Part shown: positions 1-16,712 of the stretch, piece after piece
Layout: every line of letters starts with the position of its first letter
Position numbering within the stretch: position 1 is the stretch's first letter
From: Eledone cirrhosa
Taxonomy: Eukaryota
Assembly (NCBI GenBank): GCA_964016885.1
Contig: OZ024745.1
Span: 56,792,001-56,856,000, forward strand
DNA: 64,000 nt
Direction: 5' to 3'
Program-made: the position numbers and the translations under genes
Notes under the pieces: model-generated
The model's input: the letters and a program-made list of their open reading frames with translations, nothing else
What the model was told of the DNA's origin: nothing
Database searches by the model: none

Positions 1-1523
1 CCACAGGGGAGACTTCCTCAACAAACCATCAGTCAGCCATATCAACCCCATACGTTCCGATATCGGCTCTATCAGCAAAAAGTTAGAGTTCTACCATCAC
101 TGCTGGCGGCTTCACCACTCCCACTCTGGAGCAGATTTCCGAGGCAATCACTTGGTTCCAAGAATTGCCCGATAAACGCCACACTCGTTTCCTGCAATTC
201 GACATAGAAGACTATTACGCTTCTATCTCAGAGCCCCTATTGAAGGATGCACTTGCTTTTGCCAGGAATGTTACCACCATAACCGACGCTCAGCAGGATG
301 TGATCCTCCACGCCGGTAAGACCTTTATACACCACGAAGGATCTTACTGGATCAACAAGAAGTCTGAGACCCCTTTCGACGTCAGCATGGGAGCAGGTGA
401 CTCGGCTGAAATTAGCGACCTCGTGGGCCAGTACATCCTATACCACGTGAAGAACCTCTTCACGGGCCTAACCGGAGGATTATACCGAGATGATGGCCTT
501 TTCGCCTTGCACAAAGTTAACCCCAGAACTACTGATGTGTTTCGTAGAAACTTAAGCTCGTTCTTCCGTAATCTAGGATTTAGAATAAGAATAGAATCTA
601 ATATGACTAGTGGCAACTTCTTAGATGTCACTCTCGACTTAGATACTTCCCTCTACCACAAACCTAACGAGTCCCTCAGATATATAAACGTTAATTCAAA
701 CTACCCCCAAAACATCACAGATAACTTAGTTAAAAACGTCTCACTCAGAATCCCTGGTCTCTCGGCCAATGAAGATATCTTTAGCGCCTCTGCCTATTAC
801 TACAACAACGCCCTCGCCCGCAGCGGATTTATAGAAAAGATTGCTTATCTAGAAACCACCCCAAAACTACCTAGGAGAAATAGGCATAGGCAGATTAGTT
901 GGTACAACTCCACCTTCAATAGAGAGGTTTCTACACCTATAAGTAGGACTTTCTTCAAATTGCTGAATATACACTTCCACACACAACATAGGTACTACAC
1001 TATTTTTAATAAGAATATAATACGACTCTCCTACTCCACTACACCTAACCTAGCTAGGAGTATATCCAATCTCAACACTACAAAATTAAATAAGGCTACT
1101 ACCTCCGAACCCAATCTCCGGACAGGAGCTTTGTGCGATTGCCAAAATAAGGTAACCTGCCCACTTGAAAACAAATGCCTGACAAATGACATTGTATATA
1201 AATGTGATGTCATCTCAGGCACTGATGACAACAACAAAAAGACCTACATCGGCATGACTTCCAACAAGTTTAAGAACCGGTGGTATGCTCATACCCACTC
1301 TTTCAGAAGACCGGACAAATCAAATCAGACAACACTCGCCTCCTATGTCTCAAAGGGAAAATACTCCAGAAAGCGCGCTCTTACAAGGGAGGACACAAGT
1401 GCTGTGCCCTTTGTATTTCAGAGAGCTACGAAATACTATTTGCCAAGGGCCAAATACCAAACAAACACTCTGAATACTGCCCGAGTTGCATGCAAAAAAC
1501 TTTGCTACTTTCTAATATCTTAA
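1..1523 (+). mobile_element. Penelope-like retroelement, RT + GIY-YIG endonuclease (ORF 165..1523, frameshifted near 1355; 5' part outside or at window edge)
   Basis: RT motifs LQFDIEDYY, SMGAGDSAEISDLVG, LYRDDGL, NFLDVTLDL, YHKPN..LRYINVNSNYP. Cys linker CDC..CPLENKC, then IVYKC...YIGMTSNKFKNRWYAH (GIY-YIG). The C-terminal CALCISESYEIL lies in another frame (ORF 1280..1654). Confidence 0.9.
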
Positions 1524-1707
1524 GCCAGTGTTGCTGCCAGATGGCTAAAAAGATTATATTAAAAAAATCCCAATCGACAAAATATCCCCTCCACCTCCAT
1601 CCCACGCTACCCGTACCTCATCTCGAACAGCCTGACGGCACTAGTGTAATATAAGCACTTCTCACCTATTTCCATTTTCCACATGTATAACGTACTTCAA
1701 TGAATGC

Positions 1708-3181
<1,474 letters not shown>

Positions 3182-3963
3182 GAGGGACAGAGAATTCTAT
3201 AAGTTGATAAAAGTCGTTCACATATTTTTTGAAGTTCAAATTTTATCCAGAACAAAGAGAGATATTTCAGATGTAAAACTATGTATTGTACTTCCGCTAA
3301 TCTTAGATTTAAATCACGGAGTATAAATTAACAATGAACTAAGTACGTGTTGGTGTATGTATATTTATGTCTGTATATATAGATCCTGTGCTATGTGTAA
3401 ATATATGTATGCATTTGTACGTTGAAATAATGTAAATAATTATATAAAAAATCGTATAGATAGATTAAGACTTAGGTATGGATACATGTAGATATTATGG
3501 TTGGGTTGTATATTAAATCTGATCATATATAACAGAATGGCCTTCTCTTCAGCATATTTTATTATGTACGTTTCTAGGAATATTTATCTTGTTGATAGTC
3601 TACGCATGCATGCAGGATTACTTTCTTACATCACGCAGGTTCAATGAAGAATAAACACAATTCTATTAATGAGTATATATATATATATATATTATTTCCG
3701 TATCGCTTACAGAAATCAGACCTCTGAATTGAAGTCCATTCTCTTAACAATGGCCATATCAATCTATTGAAGGGCTATCTGTTATTTCTTTGGACGTTGA
3801 AACTGCAGTAAGGATAGCTTTTTTATCGTGAAAGATGCTTCTATAGTAATCTACCGTTAAGTGATGTTTGGATTTTTTTCATGTATTTGCTTCTCTGAAT
3901 GTAAGATTTCAGCGATCTCATTTCATTGAGATGTTATGAATGTTATGAACAATTTAGGTACGC

Positions 3964-3998
<35 letters not shown>

Positions 3999-4122
3999 TG
4001 TGTGTTTGGCCTTTAACGTATGTTGTAGCTCTAATTTATATGAATTATCGAGCGCTTGCCACACAACTCGGAAGTGTTTTTCGTTAATTCCTGAGCTGAA
4101 ATTCGATTCTCGCTTATTTATA

Positions 4123-4166
<44 letters not shown>

Positions 4167-5292
4167 ATTAATGTATATGATATTAATTATAGTAACAATA
4201 ACTTTATATGGCGTGTTTGAGGGGTCTGCCCCTATGACCCTCTCATGAATAAGTGCAAGAAGAGGAAGACGATGAAGGAGAAGAAGAAAAAGAAGGGGAA
4301 TGCGAAACACAGGAAATATTAACAGGATGAGCAGCAGGTGGTGGAAAACTATCGCGAACATATCGTTATTCCAGTTGTGAAAATATTTCACATGTATTAC
4401 TGATCCTAATTCTTAAGCCCATTCTTCTCTTCACAAACCATGCGACTTTCATTTGCATTGTAATTTTGCTTCTAGCTAAAATTTAATCTTTTCAATTGCC
4501 AGTTTTCCATGAAAATGGAATATAATGTGAAGTCTACTGTAAAATGCTTTAATTAGTTTATAATATAATGTCTGTCCCATGATTATTTCTGAAAGGATTA
4601 AGAGAATGTAACATTATTACATTAAAATGTAATTAATTCACGTAACCTTTCAAATTTCTGAGAGATATTTCATGTAATATCTTTTTAAGTAAAACATACT
4701 GAAAAATCTTATTAAAAAAAGAATTTTAAATTGATAATTTCTGCCTTAGAAAATCTACGTTTTTAAGATTTGACTAATTCTAATCTTACTGAAATAATAC
4801 CCGTTTTACATGCATTCAACAAATGTTCTAAAATGTTATCCCGAAACATTATATAAGAGAAATTATGTGGCGTATTCCCGGGAGACACATGCATGTTTTA
4901 TGACGGGTAACCGACACACGTAAATATCTGTAAACGTATCTTCTAAAACGTCTTTGTATAGAAAGATCTCCGACAGCATGCAGGAAACTTTAAAAAAAAA
5001 TAGAATCAAAACGAAATTCCAAGAAATCAATGTATCATCAATCGAGGGGAAATTTCCTCATGACAAATAAAACCTATACCAAAAACATACACCAGGCTAT
5101 TTTCCATAATTATAATTTGAAGTTGTGTCTGAAAAAGGTTATTTGAAGTAAAGAAACAAACATAATTGGAATTATATGGCCAATTTTGTAACTTATATCA
5201 CCCAGATAATATTTGAGTATACACACGCAAACACAAACACACGGGCGCGCGCACGCGCATACACACACACACATACACACACATACACACAC

Positions 5293-5328
<36 letters not shown>

Positions 5329-8300
5329 TAATGGTGTTTTTTGAAAAGGAAATGAGCCCAGTAATTAATCCCACGTCAACACATGGTAATCGTAAAGTAA
5401 AATTGAAATATGAAATAAATATCAAGAATGATTCCTGCCGAATTAATCAACACACAGACTGAGGTACACCCACACACATACACACACACACACACACACA
5501 TATATACACACAGATACATATATATATATACGATGCCTTATATGTAATAAAAAAATTGATTTTTGTGTATTTTCTCTCTTTTGATAATTTTGTTTAATTC
5601 GCTATTTCTACAATTTTACTTTCCATTTGATTTTGTATTCTTACCATCTATGTCAATTTCAGAAAAGAAGTGTATTTAGTATGTTTGCGCTTTAGAGGGA
5701 TTAACTTGGAAATATTGCTAGTATTCTTACCAATAAAATATAAAATAACATTAAGTTTAAATACAAATAAATAAATATTAAAAGAATTCTCAGATTATAA
5801 TTTATTGAAAAAACGTCATAGAATTGTGCACTTTCTGTCTTTTTTATCGATTTGAAGATTATTTCCATGTGTATAATCCGGATCAAATATTCGTGCTATC
5901 CAAGTAGCGTTTAGCAGTTTTATTTAAAATTTGTTATTCACGCTTCTCCGACTATGTAATTCCAGGGAATCGGATTTTCTTCACATGTTTGATCGGATTC
6001 CTTTAACATTATACTGAGAACATAATCTTACAGAAGGAATAAACATGCCTCTTTACAAACAAGTATATATTGTAAAGTATGTCTGCACATATTTGTAATA
6101 TGCATGAAACGTAATTTTATTGATATTTTGCCATTTTGATATTATGCAACATGTTATGTTTTGCCAAGTCATTTCAATCTGATTATCGAAAATCTAACCA
6201 AATATTATTCTGCTATTATTTAAACAACTACCAAATGTTAAACAATCAAACAAGCACAGACCTAATGGTTGAGGGAATTTCAAAGCTGCTAATTGCATGT
6301 CAACAATGATCGAGCAGCCCTATGATCAAATGTATTCCAGTCGTTTCTCCTATCTTTTTACAGGGGGCACAACAGGGGTGTGTGCGTGTGTGTGGGGGGG
6401 GGTTAGTTAGTAGTCAATGTGTTCTTTAAGGTCACATACGGGGTAATTCGAGAGCATTCCATATGAAAATTACAGATTGTTGAGTGATCCATTAGAGCTT
6501 TACATATTGTGGCTCGAAAGGGATAATTATTTGGTATCGGATGTTTAGTCGAATGCATCAATTAATTAAAAATTGAAATACAATCAGTATAATGAATTTG
6601 GATGCTGTTCCCCAGGATGTTATGCATTCCTGTAACAGAACTGAAAATAGAGATGGGCAGAAAAGTATGGAAAAATGGAAAGTTTGCAACGAAATATATA
6701 TAACGGAAAAATATAACGGAAGAGTGAAAGGTACAGGATAGAGGAGGAAAAGAGGCATTGTGAGTGGGAGAAAATGGTGGAATCTACTGTGTCATCAGAA
6801 ATGGAGGATATTATCATATAAGTAAGGGCTTTCATGCCTGCGGGAACATGTGTTTCAGGTAGTGGTACCTGAGTATGTGTGTAACTTTACTTTTTTATGT
6901 TTTTCTTTGTATATATAGATTTAGTGCACTGGTAAAAATGAATACATACAGGCACATCAAACACATACACAAACACAGACACACACATTACTAATATTAA
7001 GTTATGTTCTTTTATTCTAGCGTATTTGCTCTCCCTGTCTCTTTTAATTTAAGATGTCCTTTCGCGAAAAATGATAACTATTGTGTCTGCCCTCTGCTGA
7101 AGTAATTTTTAGTACTTTCATGCATGGAAGGGATATCGGGAAGTAAATAGATGTACAGAAAGGTTTCTCAATGTGCCCTGATTTTCTATTCATAATTTAC
7201 TCTCATGCTAAAGAATATGATTGGGTTCTTCATTGGTAGCACAGTGCTAAAGTGATAGCTAATCTGCTTTCTAATGTCCAGCGATACAGCAGTCGGCCTA
7301 AGACCAGCATTGTACAAACCATGTGGTAATGTCTTCTCCAGCACGATTTACCGTACAATAAGATATCTTTTATAATTCTCCATGCATGGTCAATTCTAGT
7401 TAATTGATTAATTTACCGACTATTAATCAAATACCTAGAATTCACCAACAGAGAAAGACGTTATATATTTGACTATATGCTGAAGAAAAATTACTGAGCA
7501 CTCCATACAGAGTGTGAATTCATGAATTGTAATTAAGCTCATATAAAAAAATGTTACGCTATAACTAAAGTTCATTCTGTCCGAATGTGTGTTAATTTTT
7601 ATTTTTGTAGTAGCTGGTTGAACATTGAATCATATTTATTGATCCAGTTTCATTATGTTTTCTATTTTCACATAACTACTTGTCTGGCAGACATAAATTA
7701 AATATTTATGTTGACTCCTTATGTCCATTTCAGCCAGCTATATTTTATTGTTTGCTCCAATATGCTTTAGTATTTATCTTAGAAAATACGATAACTGATA
7801 CATCTGCAGATATTCGTTAAACTTTTTCCATTAACATATAATAACTGTGTATTAATCTCCATTCCAGTTTTCGGTAGCGACTATGCAATACTGTATTAGA
7901 AGGAAATATAGGAAATTAAAAAATACCTAGTTGTGTTATTTAAATGAATGCAATATATATTTGTCTCTGAAACAAAGGAAAATATTTTGATGGATAATAA
8001 TTGTAGTTGTGTGTCATCCACATGCGACATGTGTATTGTGTAGTAAACTAGTTAAATGCCGTTTCCATTTTCCTGTTGACGGTTTCTATGTCCATGTTAG
8101 CCAATCGCGGTCTGGAATGTATACTTTCAGAGAGTTTGAACTCGAAAAACAAACAGCGGAACAAGGAATGACAAGGCATTCCGAGCGATGTTCTAATAAT
8201 TCTGCGAATCAGGTACTTTAAAAACATAGTGCTAGAAATTTAAATTACTTTTGAATTCCTATTTTTGGTCATTGAATGGTTTCAGTGTGTTGTCGAAACT

Positions 8301-11300
8301 GGGAAAAGGTCATTTGAAACAGAGGTTGCATGTTGCACTGTACATGGAGTTCGTTAATTCAGTTCTAAATATATAAAACTTAATAAAACACATTCACTCT
8401 TAATTGCATTTAGTATATTTTTATTTCTATTTCCTATCCACACTCGCATCAGTTAACTGCATCAGTGATAAAAGTGAGCAGTTTTGATTTTGTTTCTTTT
8501 TCATGTTCTTCTAGCATGAAAGTCTACATCCGTTCGGTATCACGCCTTTACTTTGAGCCATACAAACATTTATTCCAAGGTAATTCGATAGCAGCTTTTT
8601 TTTTATAGAGTGAAACATGATAAACGTACACTGACATCTACAGTGGTAATCCGTAATCAATAGATGAACTGAACTATTGATTCGTACTAAATCTGTCAGC
8701 ATGACAAACTAACTTGGTAGGCTTGTTTGGAGTTTTGATTTTCAACATAACTGTTGTCAAGGAAACGAATTAATCCGCAATTTTTGCTCTTTTGTTGAAT
8801 TTCGATTATCCTAACACATATGTTTTGTTAAGATTAGCTTTGATTTCAGATCTTTGCTGATGTGTCATAGCTATATATATATATATCATAGCCAGCAAAT
8901 TGCTTTGTCAGTTCAGCCACTAGCAAATTACAAATGCCACGAATACAGCATATTCTCCATTTGATTGTAGTTTTTTTTTCATACGATATTACTTCAATTT
9001 CAGCTGGCTGCTACGAATGTGAACCGCTGTACCAGTTAAATGCATATAGTATACTCCTCATCAACTACGTCTCATCAACTTATTCTATGAAATTTTAATT
9101 AAACACTACTCAAGATATAGTTGATATAGTTAATCATTGTAAGTAAGGAAAACTACTTTTACTTAACTCCCGGTTGTTAGTCCAATTTCTATTTGATATT
9201 TATACATATATATATATGTTAGCCCTTCTCTTAACAATAACACCTTGCTGTTCTGCTAGAAAATGTGTCACAAACGGCCACTATACCTGTTGGTTAGGTG
9301 TGATAAATGTAGGATCTTGCCGGACGAATAAGCAACTTCGGACACACAGCTATGAACTACTGGGGGAGATGGAGCCATGGGTTACACAGTTATCTGACAA
9401 GAAAAATCTCATCCACTGATGTAGCTAAAATTGTAAGAGTAATCGCCAACTCTACCAAAACATAGGCTTTGAGGTAACACATTTGTGGTTGGCACTGATA
9501 AGACTACCAAAACATTGTTATAGGTTTAGATACAAGAAAATCATACATATCATCTTACATTTTGCGCGGGGTTACAAGAGATGTGTTCACACTTTTGGTA
9601 AAGGGAACTTTTTCGAAAAATATATTCAAAATTCAACGATACATAAAGGGGCGATGGACTTGTGACGTGTTCTGGGAGGATTATGATGGACGCCAGGAAA
9701 GTTGCGTATCTGACCATCCTAAACGTGATCCAGATGGGAGAAAATCTCACAATTAGCATTTAACTATTTATTTCGGATTATATATGTGTTGCTTAAAGTG
9801 TATATGTAGGGCGTATAAAACCATAAAAACGATATTTAAGAGATATATAGAAATTTCAATGTTTTCTTTTCAATATGATGTAGACAATTTAGTGGAAACG
9901 TATACTAATACCAATAGGATATTCGCTACTCATTCTATCCGCGACGAGACAATAATTATATCTAGGCCATTTACCATATATTGTTCGATATATTACTGTG
10001 AGTGCCGAAGGATATATACACAATTTTACACTAGTAGAACGTAGTATATTAATCATAAAGATTATGAAAACACTAATTATGAATGCAGAAACTACAGTGA
10101 CGAATGTGAAGAGCAAAAGTCCAACAAAAACTATGGTAATTTTCTGAGATGTAGTATTCGATGTTGCAATAGAAAAATCTTGGGATATATCATGCATGTT
10201 GCAAGATCAGTTAACTGCTTGCTTGTCGAGACTTTTTCCTGTTACCTATTATAATAATCTTGATGAATTGAATATCAAATTCGATCTGAATGAGATTTGA
10301 AATCAGAACTGTGAATCTACATACACATATTCTGAGATTATGTTCTAGAATGGAATAAAGTGAGTGTTAAAAGAATGTGCTCACATTGTTTTGTTACTTA
10401 GTTAGGCTTTGATTGACTTCAGAAGGAAAAAGGACAACCTAAATACCGGGAGCGGGGAATATAAAAAGAAGAAGCATACAAGCTATATTGCAAGTAATCA
10501 TATGTAACATGGTGTTTTTCTATTTTCTCTTTCTCTTTATTATTGATATATATATATATATAAATATATATATAATTATCTAGAAGTACATCTTAAAAAT
10601 GTATAAATCACAATAAATTATTTTTTTATATTTTTATGTTACTCATCTATATTTACAATTTTTTCTCTCTCTCATTTCTACATATATTTGGAATGCATCT
10701 TCGTAACTGACTGTGTAACTTTCTTCTAGACATTATGTAGGTGGTATTTTTGGCATATGAACTAATGTGCGTTATTTTTTCTATGATTTCATATTTCTAT
10801 AATGCAATTCGACAATCATTAATGAATTTGAGAGATATTGATAATAATATTGTATTAATTCTATATTCTAGTTGATACAAATGTGATAATTGGCATTTTT
10901 CTTCTTTTATATTGATTATTCAAGCGATTATATATATGCAGAATCATTTTGTCGCCTTTGCAAATCTAGCGTAGATATTATGCGAGAAATTGAAACGTGA
11001 TTTGCTTACTTATAATTTTCTAAACCTGAGAAAATATAACACTCAGGATTAGAATAACTTTAACATCATCGGAAGAGAAGAAGTATATATGGCTTATACG
11101 CTGGTTTCGTGCAAATAGATGAGAGATCAATCGTTCGAATTCTTTCAAAGTATTAACATTTCTAATAATCTTTATCTGGAACCAGGCAAATATTCAAACT
11201 AGATGCACTTTTCACTTGCAACAATCAATGATAATATGATAAAGCAATTTTGCCATGTTAGGGAAACTTAAGATATCCATTCGGGCCAAACCTGGCGTAA

Positions 11301-11326
11301 GTTTTATAAGGAATCATGGTGTTGGT

Positions 11327-11423
11327 TTATAAAATACAGTTGATTTTTTTAACACCGACAGAAACATGAATGCTTCGCATTCATGTTTCTGTTGGTTTTA
11401 GAAGAATCCACTGTATTTTATAA
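11327..11423. repeat. 97-bp imperfect hairpin (MITE/foldback-like)
   Basis: ttataaaatacagt..acagaaacatgaatgc-ttc-gcattcatgtttctgt..actgtattttataa, centred at 11375. Confidence 0.8.
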
Positions 11424-11489
11424 TTAAACTCTACAAAATGCAATGTGTAATTTTAGGTTGCTATGAGTTTAAGTTCGGTTGCAGTGGCA

Positions 11490-11890
11490 ACACAAATAGC
11501 TAGATACCCCAATGAATTATGAATCCGTGGAAATGAGTGAAAAAACAAAATCGCTGCTATGAGATTTGATCTTCGATTCATTAACGCAAACAAAAAACAA
11601 TACCTTTGTTAATCGTATTGGGACGTGCGATGATCAGAGAATGCGACACATAACTGATGAAATTCAGAAGAGTCTCTCGACCAAGACTTCTCAGAGGCGA
11701 AGTTGTACATAAAGACGCTTATGACGACTGAATCCACTACAGCATTCTGAATTCTGGTGAAAGAATCACTGCAGAGTAGTGTTATCGTGAAAACATTGCA
11801 GCGTATGTCTCAAGAATTGCTCATTTGATTTAGAGCTCACGACCTCACATCGCACAACCAGTAGTCCAAATGTTGAACTTGAAACAGCAT
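11490..11890 (+). mobile_element. Degenerate mariner transposase relic
   Basis: Manual translation across frameshifts gives FVNRIGTCDD (cf. FLDRIVTCDE), ILNSGERITAE..YRETLQRM and RPHIAQP. Confidence 0.55.
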
Positions 11891-12399
11891 ACACACCGTA
11901 ACTTCAAAGAACCATCTATATATTTCTCAGTCATTTTGACGATCTTGTTGGTTGTTGTTGTAGTTGGTAGCGATTTATTTTCTGTACACTTTTCTATGAC
12001 TAACCAAGACATTTTCGATCCCAATGCCTTAGGTTTGACTTCATCGTTCGCCTCTAGTATACCTCTAGCTTTTTGTCCATTTATCCATTGATTAATTGTT
12101 TTACTTTGTTATTATTATTGGTTATTACTGTGGTCGGAAGTCATTTTGCTCGCTCCCGTAAGTCTCTTTATTTATCTAGCATAAATCATTTATGGCTAAT
12201 TTTTTGCTGTCATGAAGGTGAAATAAGCCCTTGGACATTGACCTCAAGAGAGGAGTCCCCAATATATTTGGTACTTTGGCCCAAATATTTCCATTATTCC
12301 TTTTTGTCCTTTGTATATATATATATACATTTTAAATGAAGGCAACATTTTAAATCCAGCACTAGAGAACAGGTGATGACACGTGATGGTCCAAAAGCC

Positions 12400-12850
12400 A
12401 TCACCACTACATCAACGCTCACCAGCATCTGCGACGTCAGCGAAACTGTTAACAGCAACAGCAATAACACCAGCAGCAGAAGCAGCAATATCGGCAACAA
12501 TGGCAGTAGCAGTGGCAGTACGAAGGCCAGCAAGAGTGACAGCGGAAGCAGCATTTGCAGCAACGGCAGCAGCAGTGATACTAACAACAGTAGACACTAT
12601 GACGTCACCACCAGCAGCAGCAGCAGCAACAGCAACGGTGCTAGAAACAGCAGCAGCGGCTACAACAATAGCAACAGTCATGACGTTTGTGTAAGGCCCC
12701 ATATACAATTTCGACGGCTATTACGGTTTTCTCCACAACAAATATTACATAATTCAATCAAATTCAATCAAAAAACAACGACGACGCAAACAAAAACATG
12801 ACGCCACCAACACCACCACTGCCACCACGAAAACAACAAACAACATAAAT
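12400..12850. repeat. Degenerate (AGC/AAC)n trinucleotide low-complexity tract
   Basis: cagcagcaacagc-type repeats; Ser/Asn- or Ala/Thr-rich in several frames. Confidence 0.7.
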
Positions 12851-12959
12851 CAATGACAAGAAGAAAACATTTGAGGGTACTGTAAAAAAAACAACGGTTA
12901 GTGGAATCTGAACATGTCGTTCTCATCACATAAATATTACAGGGACTGTGTCAACAATT

Positions 12960-14535
12960 TAATTAAGCAAACGTTGACACTGGTGTCGCCAACAACACCT
13001 GGCATGGTGCTCTCAAAAGAGAGATTAGAGTAATTTCTATAGGCTTTAGTATAGTAGTAAGGTTAGAAGAAAATAGAAAGGAGGGGGAGCTGGTAGCTTA
13101 ATTTGACGAGGCGATTTGATGTGGCACTAAAACTGACGTACTAGCGGCGAGAATGGCATTAGACCATTTATTCAATGACAAACGCGAATTTTGAGTTGTC
13201 AGAGCTAAGACGTGTGCTCTAGCAAACAAGGGAACTGAAGCTGTTCGGTGGAGCCGCCTCACAGAGGTACAGAGTGGTAACAAAACCAAAACTCTATCTT
13301 TAACGGATAAAAGCAAAGGCGAGCTAAACTGCTCCAAGCATATACATGAGGCCTTTCACCAGCACTTTGCTCAGCTATTCGAAGGAAGTAGGGGGTCGGA
13401 TATGGTGACGGATTTCAGTCGTAACCTCGATGGCTTACCGCGTCTTTCCCCAGCCGTTGCTGAAGGCTGGGTAATACATATGAATTCAGTCGAGATTTGG
13501 GATGCCCTAATCGGCTGCACGTGGCGCAATTCACCCGGTTTCGATGGGCAACACTACGAGCTTTACGTAGATATACCAGACTTGAGCCAGGGCGTAGTGA
13601 CACTGATAAGGAAAGACGAGAACAAGAGGGACACATTAGATAGATTCAGGCTCATAACACTGCTCAACAAAGAGTTTAAGATGTTTGCCAATGTGTCAAC
13701 GAAGAGGTTGGTGCTTGTCGTCGAGGACTTGGTAGGGGAGGCACAAACCTGGGCAATATCGACCAGTTCCATATACGACAACCTCCACCCCATGCGATAC
13801 ATCATAGGGCAGGGTGGAAACCTGGTATCGGTGAGGCTCAGATCAATTTAAATCGAACGCTTTTGATAGCGTCGACCATCGATAGCCGGAGGCTGTCATC
13901 AATGCCGCTGGCTCAGTCTCGTCTTCAGCGGCATGGAGTTCAAAGTTCATAGTCATCTTTCGGAATCATTTCAGATCTCCGGATCGGTCCGACAAGCGTC
14001 TTCCCTCTCCTACCTTCTGTGCGTATTTACTGTCGAGCCTTTACTGTGGACGCTGGAGCTGTCAAAGGGCATCCCGCTCGAACCGAGATGTGGAAGGGCT
14101 GTGACGACATCACCGTGATGAAGCCCAGCACCTCGGATACTGAGGTGATGAATAGCTTTTCGGAGGAACATGAAAGATTGGCAGGAGCAAAACTAAGCCT
14201 GGAAAAGTGAGTCGGTTTGCAGCTCGGCACTTAGAAAGGCAAGCCATGTCATTTAACAACGTCCTTACGAGCTGGACGAATGGACCGGTAAAGTTACCCG
14301 TGGTCAGGTTCGGACCAGACCTCCAGACGGATAAGTATTAGGGTGAGGTTACGAACAGTGTAGCCCTTGTCACATAGAAATGGGCCGACAAGAACTATCC
14401 CTGAAATGCCTTGTGGAGGTGCCGAAAGAGTACATCGCCTTTGTCGTCTAAAGCCACCTCACCGTTGTGGCTTACCCCCATTCACACCTCACCAAATTGG
14501 AACGCCTTCTCTTCAACTACTTGTGGGAGGAACAC
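12960..14535 (+). mobile_element. Degenerate Tx1/L1-clade LINE, RT region
   Basis: SPGFDGQHYELY, GVVTLIRKD..DRFRLITLLNKEFKMFANV..KRL, DNLHPMRYII, AFDSVDH, SVRQASSLSYLL; multiple stops and frameshifts. Confidence 0.8.
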
Positions 14536-14645
14536 ATATATTTATAAAATGTATAATATATGCATATCAATATATATATACATACATACACACACACATA
14601 CACACACACACACACACATACACACACACACATTATATATATATA

Positions 14646-14681
<36 letters not shown>

Positions 14682-15249
14682 TATATGTAAGTATATTTAC
14701 GAAATTTTGAATCTATATCTATAAAACAGTGAATTGAGTATCTAATTAAAAATGTATCATCTGCACTAATTTGATGATTGATATTTTGTTATAGAAAATT
14801 ATCGATTAACGATTGTAGTATTGGGTTTCAAAGAAATTTACTCGGAATATAGATTTTTTTGTTACACATAGCCTTCCATAGTACATTATAGTATTTAGGT
14901 TAATAGCTCCAGCAAACGTCGAAACTTGTTTGCACATTGGTTCACCAGTAGATGTATTCGTATGTCATCGATTGAACCCACACACACACACAAACACACA
15001 CACACATATATATATATATATGTATATGCGTATGTGTGTATGTGTGCGTGCGTGTGTGTGTTTGTATGTGTGTTTGTGTATGTATCGATGTATATATGTA
15101 TGTGTATATGTAAATATGCATAGATATATATATATATATACATACAAACATATACATACCCCCCTCCCACCCCACACACACATAGACACATACACACATA
15201 CAAACACACAAACACACACACACACAAACACACACATACACACACACAC

Positions 15250-15326
<77 letters not shown>

Positions 15327-15860
15327 CGTACATACATATCCATGCATATCCATGTATATCCTAAAATTATAGTTTTGTCGAAAACTGCACTTAAAAAAAG
15401 TCAATAACCTGTATGTGTATTGCAGATAATTTTCATAATTTATTTCCTATCAGATGTGCATCTTGTTTTTATCGTACCTTTTGAAAAATTTTTGAAAATG
15501 AACATTAAATACATACATACCATTTGCCGCACCTACATTTGAGACGCAAATTAAATAGTTAATCGGTCGGCACTCACCGACTTCATTTTCATGTGATATT
15601 CAAGATGTAATTTGACACTGACCTGATTGTGTACATGTGGTAAAAACCTCTTTTATCTATGATTGTGTTTTATCACAGGTGACAATCTCCCCTCTTTATA
15701 CCGGTGTCATCAAACATTGGCGTGTAGGATAGAGGGAGATAAAGACCCCCCTCCAAAACATTACCTGATATATTGCAGCTAGTTACATGAAAATTTATTT
15801 ATAAATTCAAATACACGCACAACTTTCGAACACAACTGCGTATATTCCAATCTAAATTAA

Positions 15861-15934
<74 letters not shown>

Positions 15935-15967
15935 CACACACACACTCGCGCACACGCACACACACAC

Positions 15968-16004
<37 letters not shown>

Positions 16005-16368
16005 TTGTAATGGCTTATTGCACACCAGCTGTGCTCTTGCCGTTTGGTTATCCAGTCTCTCTACGTGTGTGGGTGTGTGTGAGTGTTCCTGTAAATATTT
16101 GACAGATAAACGCACACACAACATTATACACGTCATTCCAGGGATAGCATTAACCCCCCCCGCCCCCGTCATGTTTAGCAGCTATAAATAGACCACTGCT
16201 TACAAACAAACAAAGAAATATGACGAATTAGTGAAAACAATTATAATACAATTTCGCTCCAGTCACATTTATCTTCTGACGAAGTGTTTTTTGACCCGAA
16301 ATGCTAGAACTAGTAAATAACAAGTGACGCACCACCAATTTTGTTGTATTCAACGAATAAACTGTTAT

Positions 16369-16431
<63 letters not shown>

Positions 16432-16598
16432 CACATAGAAATAATAATAAATGTGAAGACTAAAATCTAAAGAGGGCTCGATAAGGATAAATATATATCA
16501 AATATATCAGCACCCTAGACCAAATATTTATTAAAATAACAGATTAAAGTTTAACGGGATATGAAAGCAGCGATTTTTGCTTAAATTTTAATCTGTTA

Positions 16599-16629
<31 letters not shown>

Positions 16630-16712
16630 GTGTAAGATGTGAGTTTTATTGTAGTGCAATAAAGCAATGCAAATATCGTATAAGTAGCACTCTACAGTTT
16701 GTAGGACTGGAG

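Noticed and set aside
4190-4255. Minus-strand hairpin gggtc/gaccc with a TTCATGA..CAAAC pattern
   Set aside because: Too many core substitutions to call an HHR.
9560-9760. Possible mariner N-terminal relic
   Set aside because: Only vague similarity; no diagnostic motif.
12294-12801. Ser/Asn- and Ala/Thr-rich ORFs as a possible host exon
   Set aside because: Open in several frames on both strands because of AGC/AAC repeats; no domain or splice evidence.
16270-16312. CTGACGA..gacccGAAAtgcTA hammerhead-like string
   Set aside because: Helices I, II and III all pair poorly; may be an old relic but cannot be supported.
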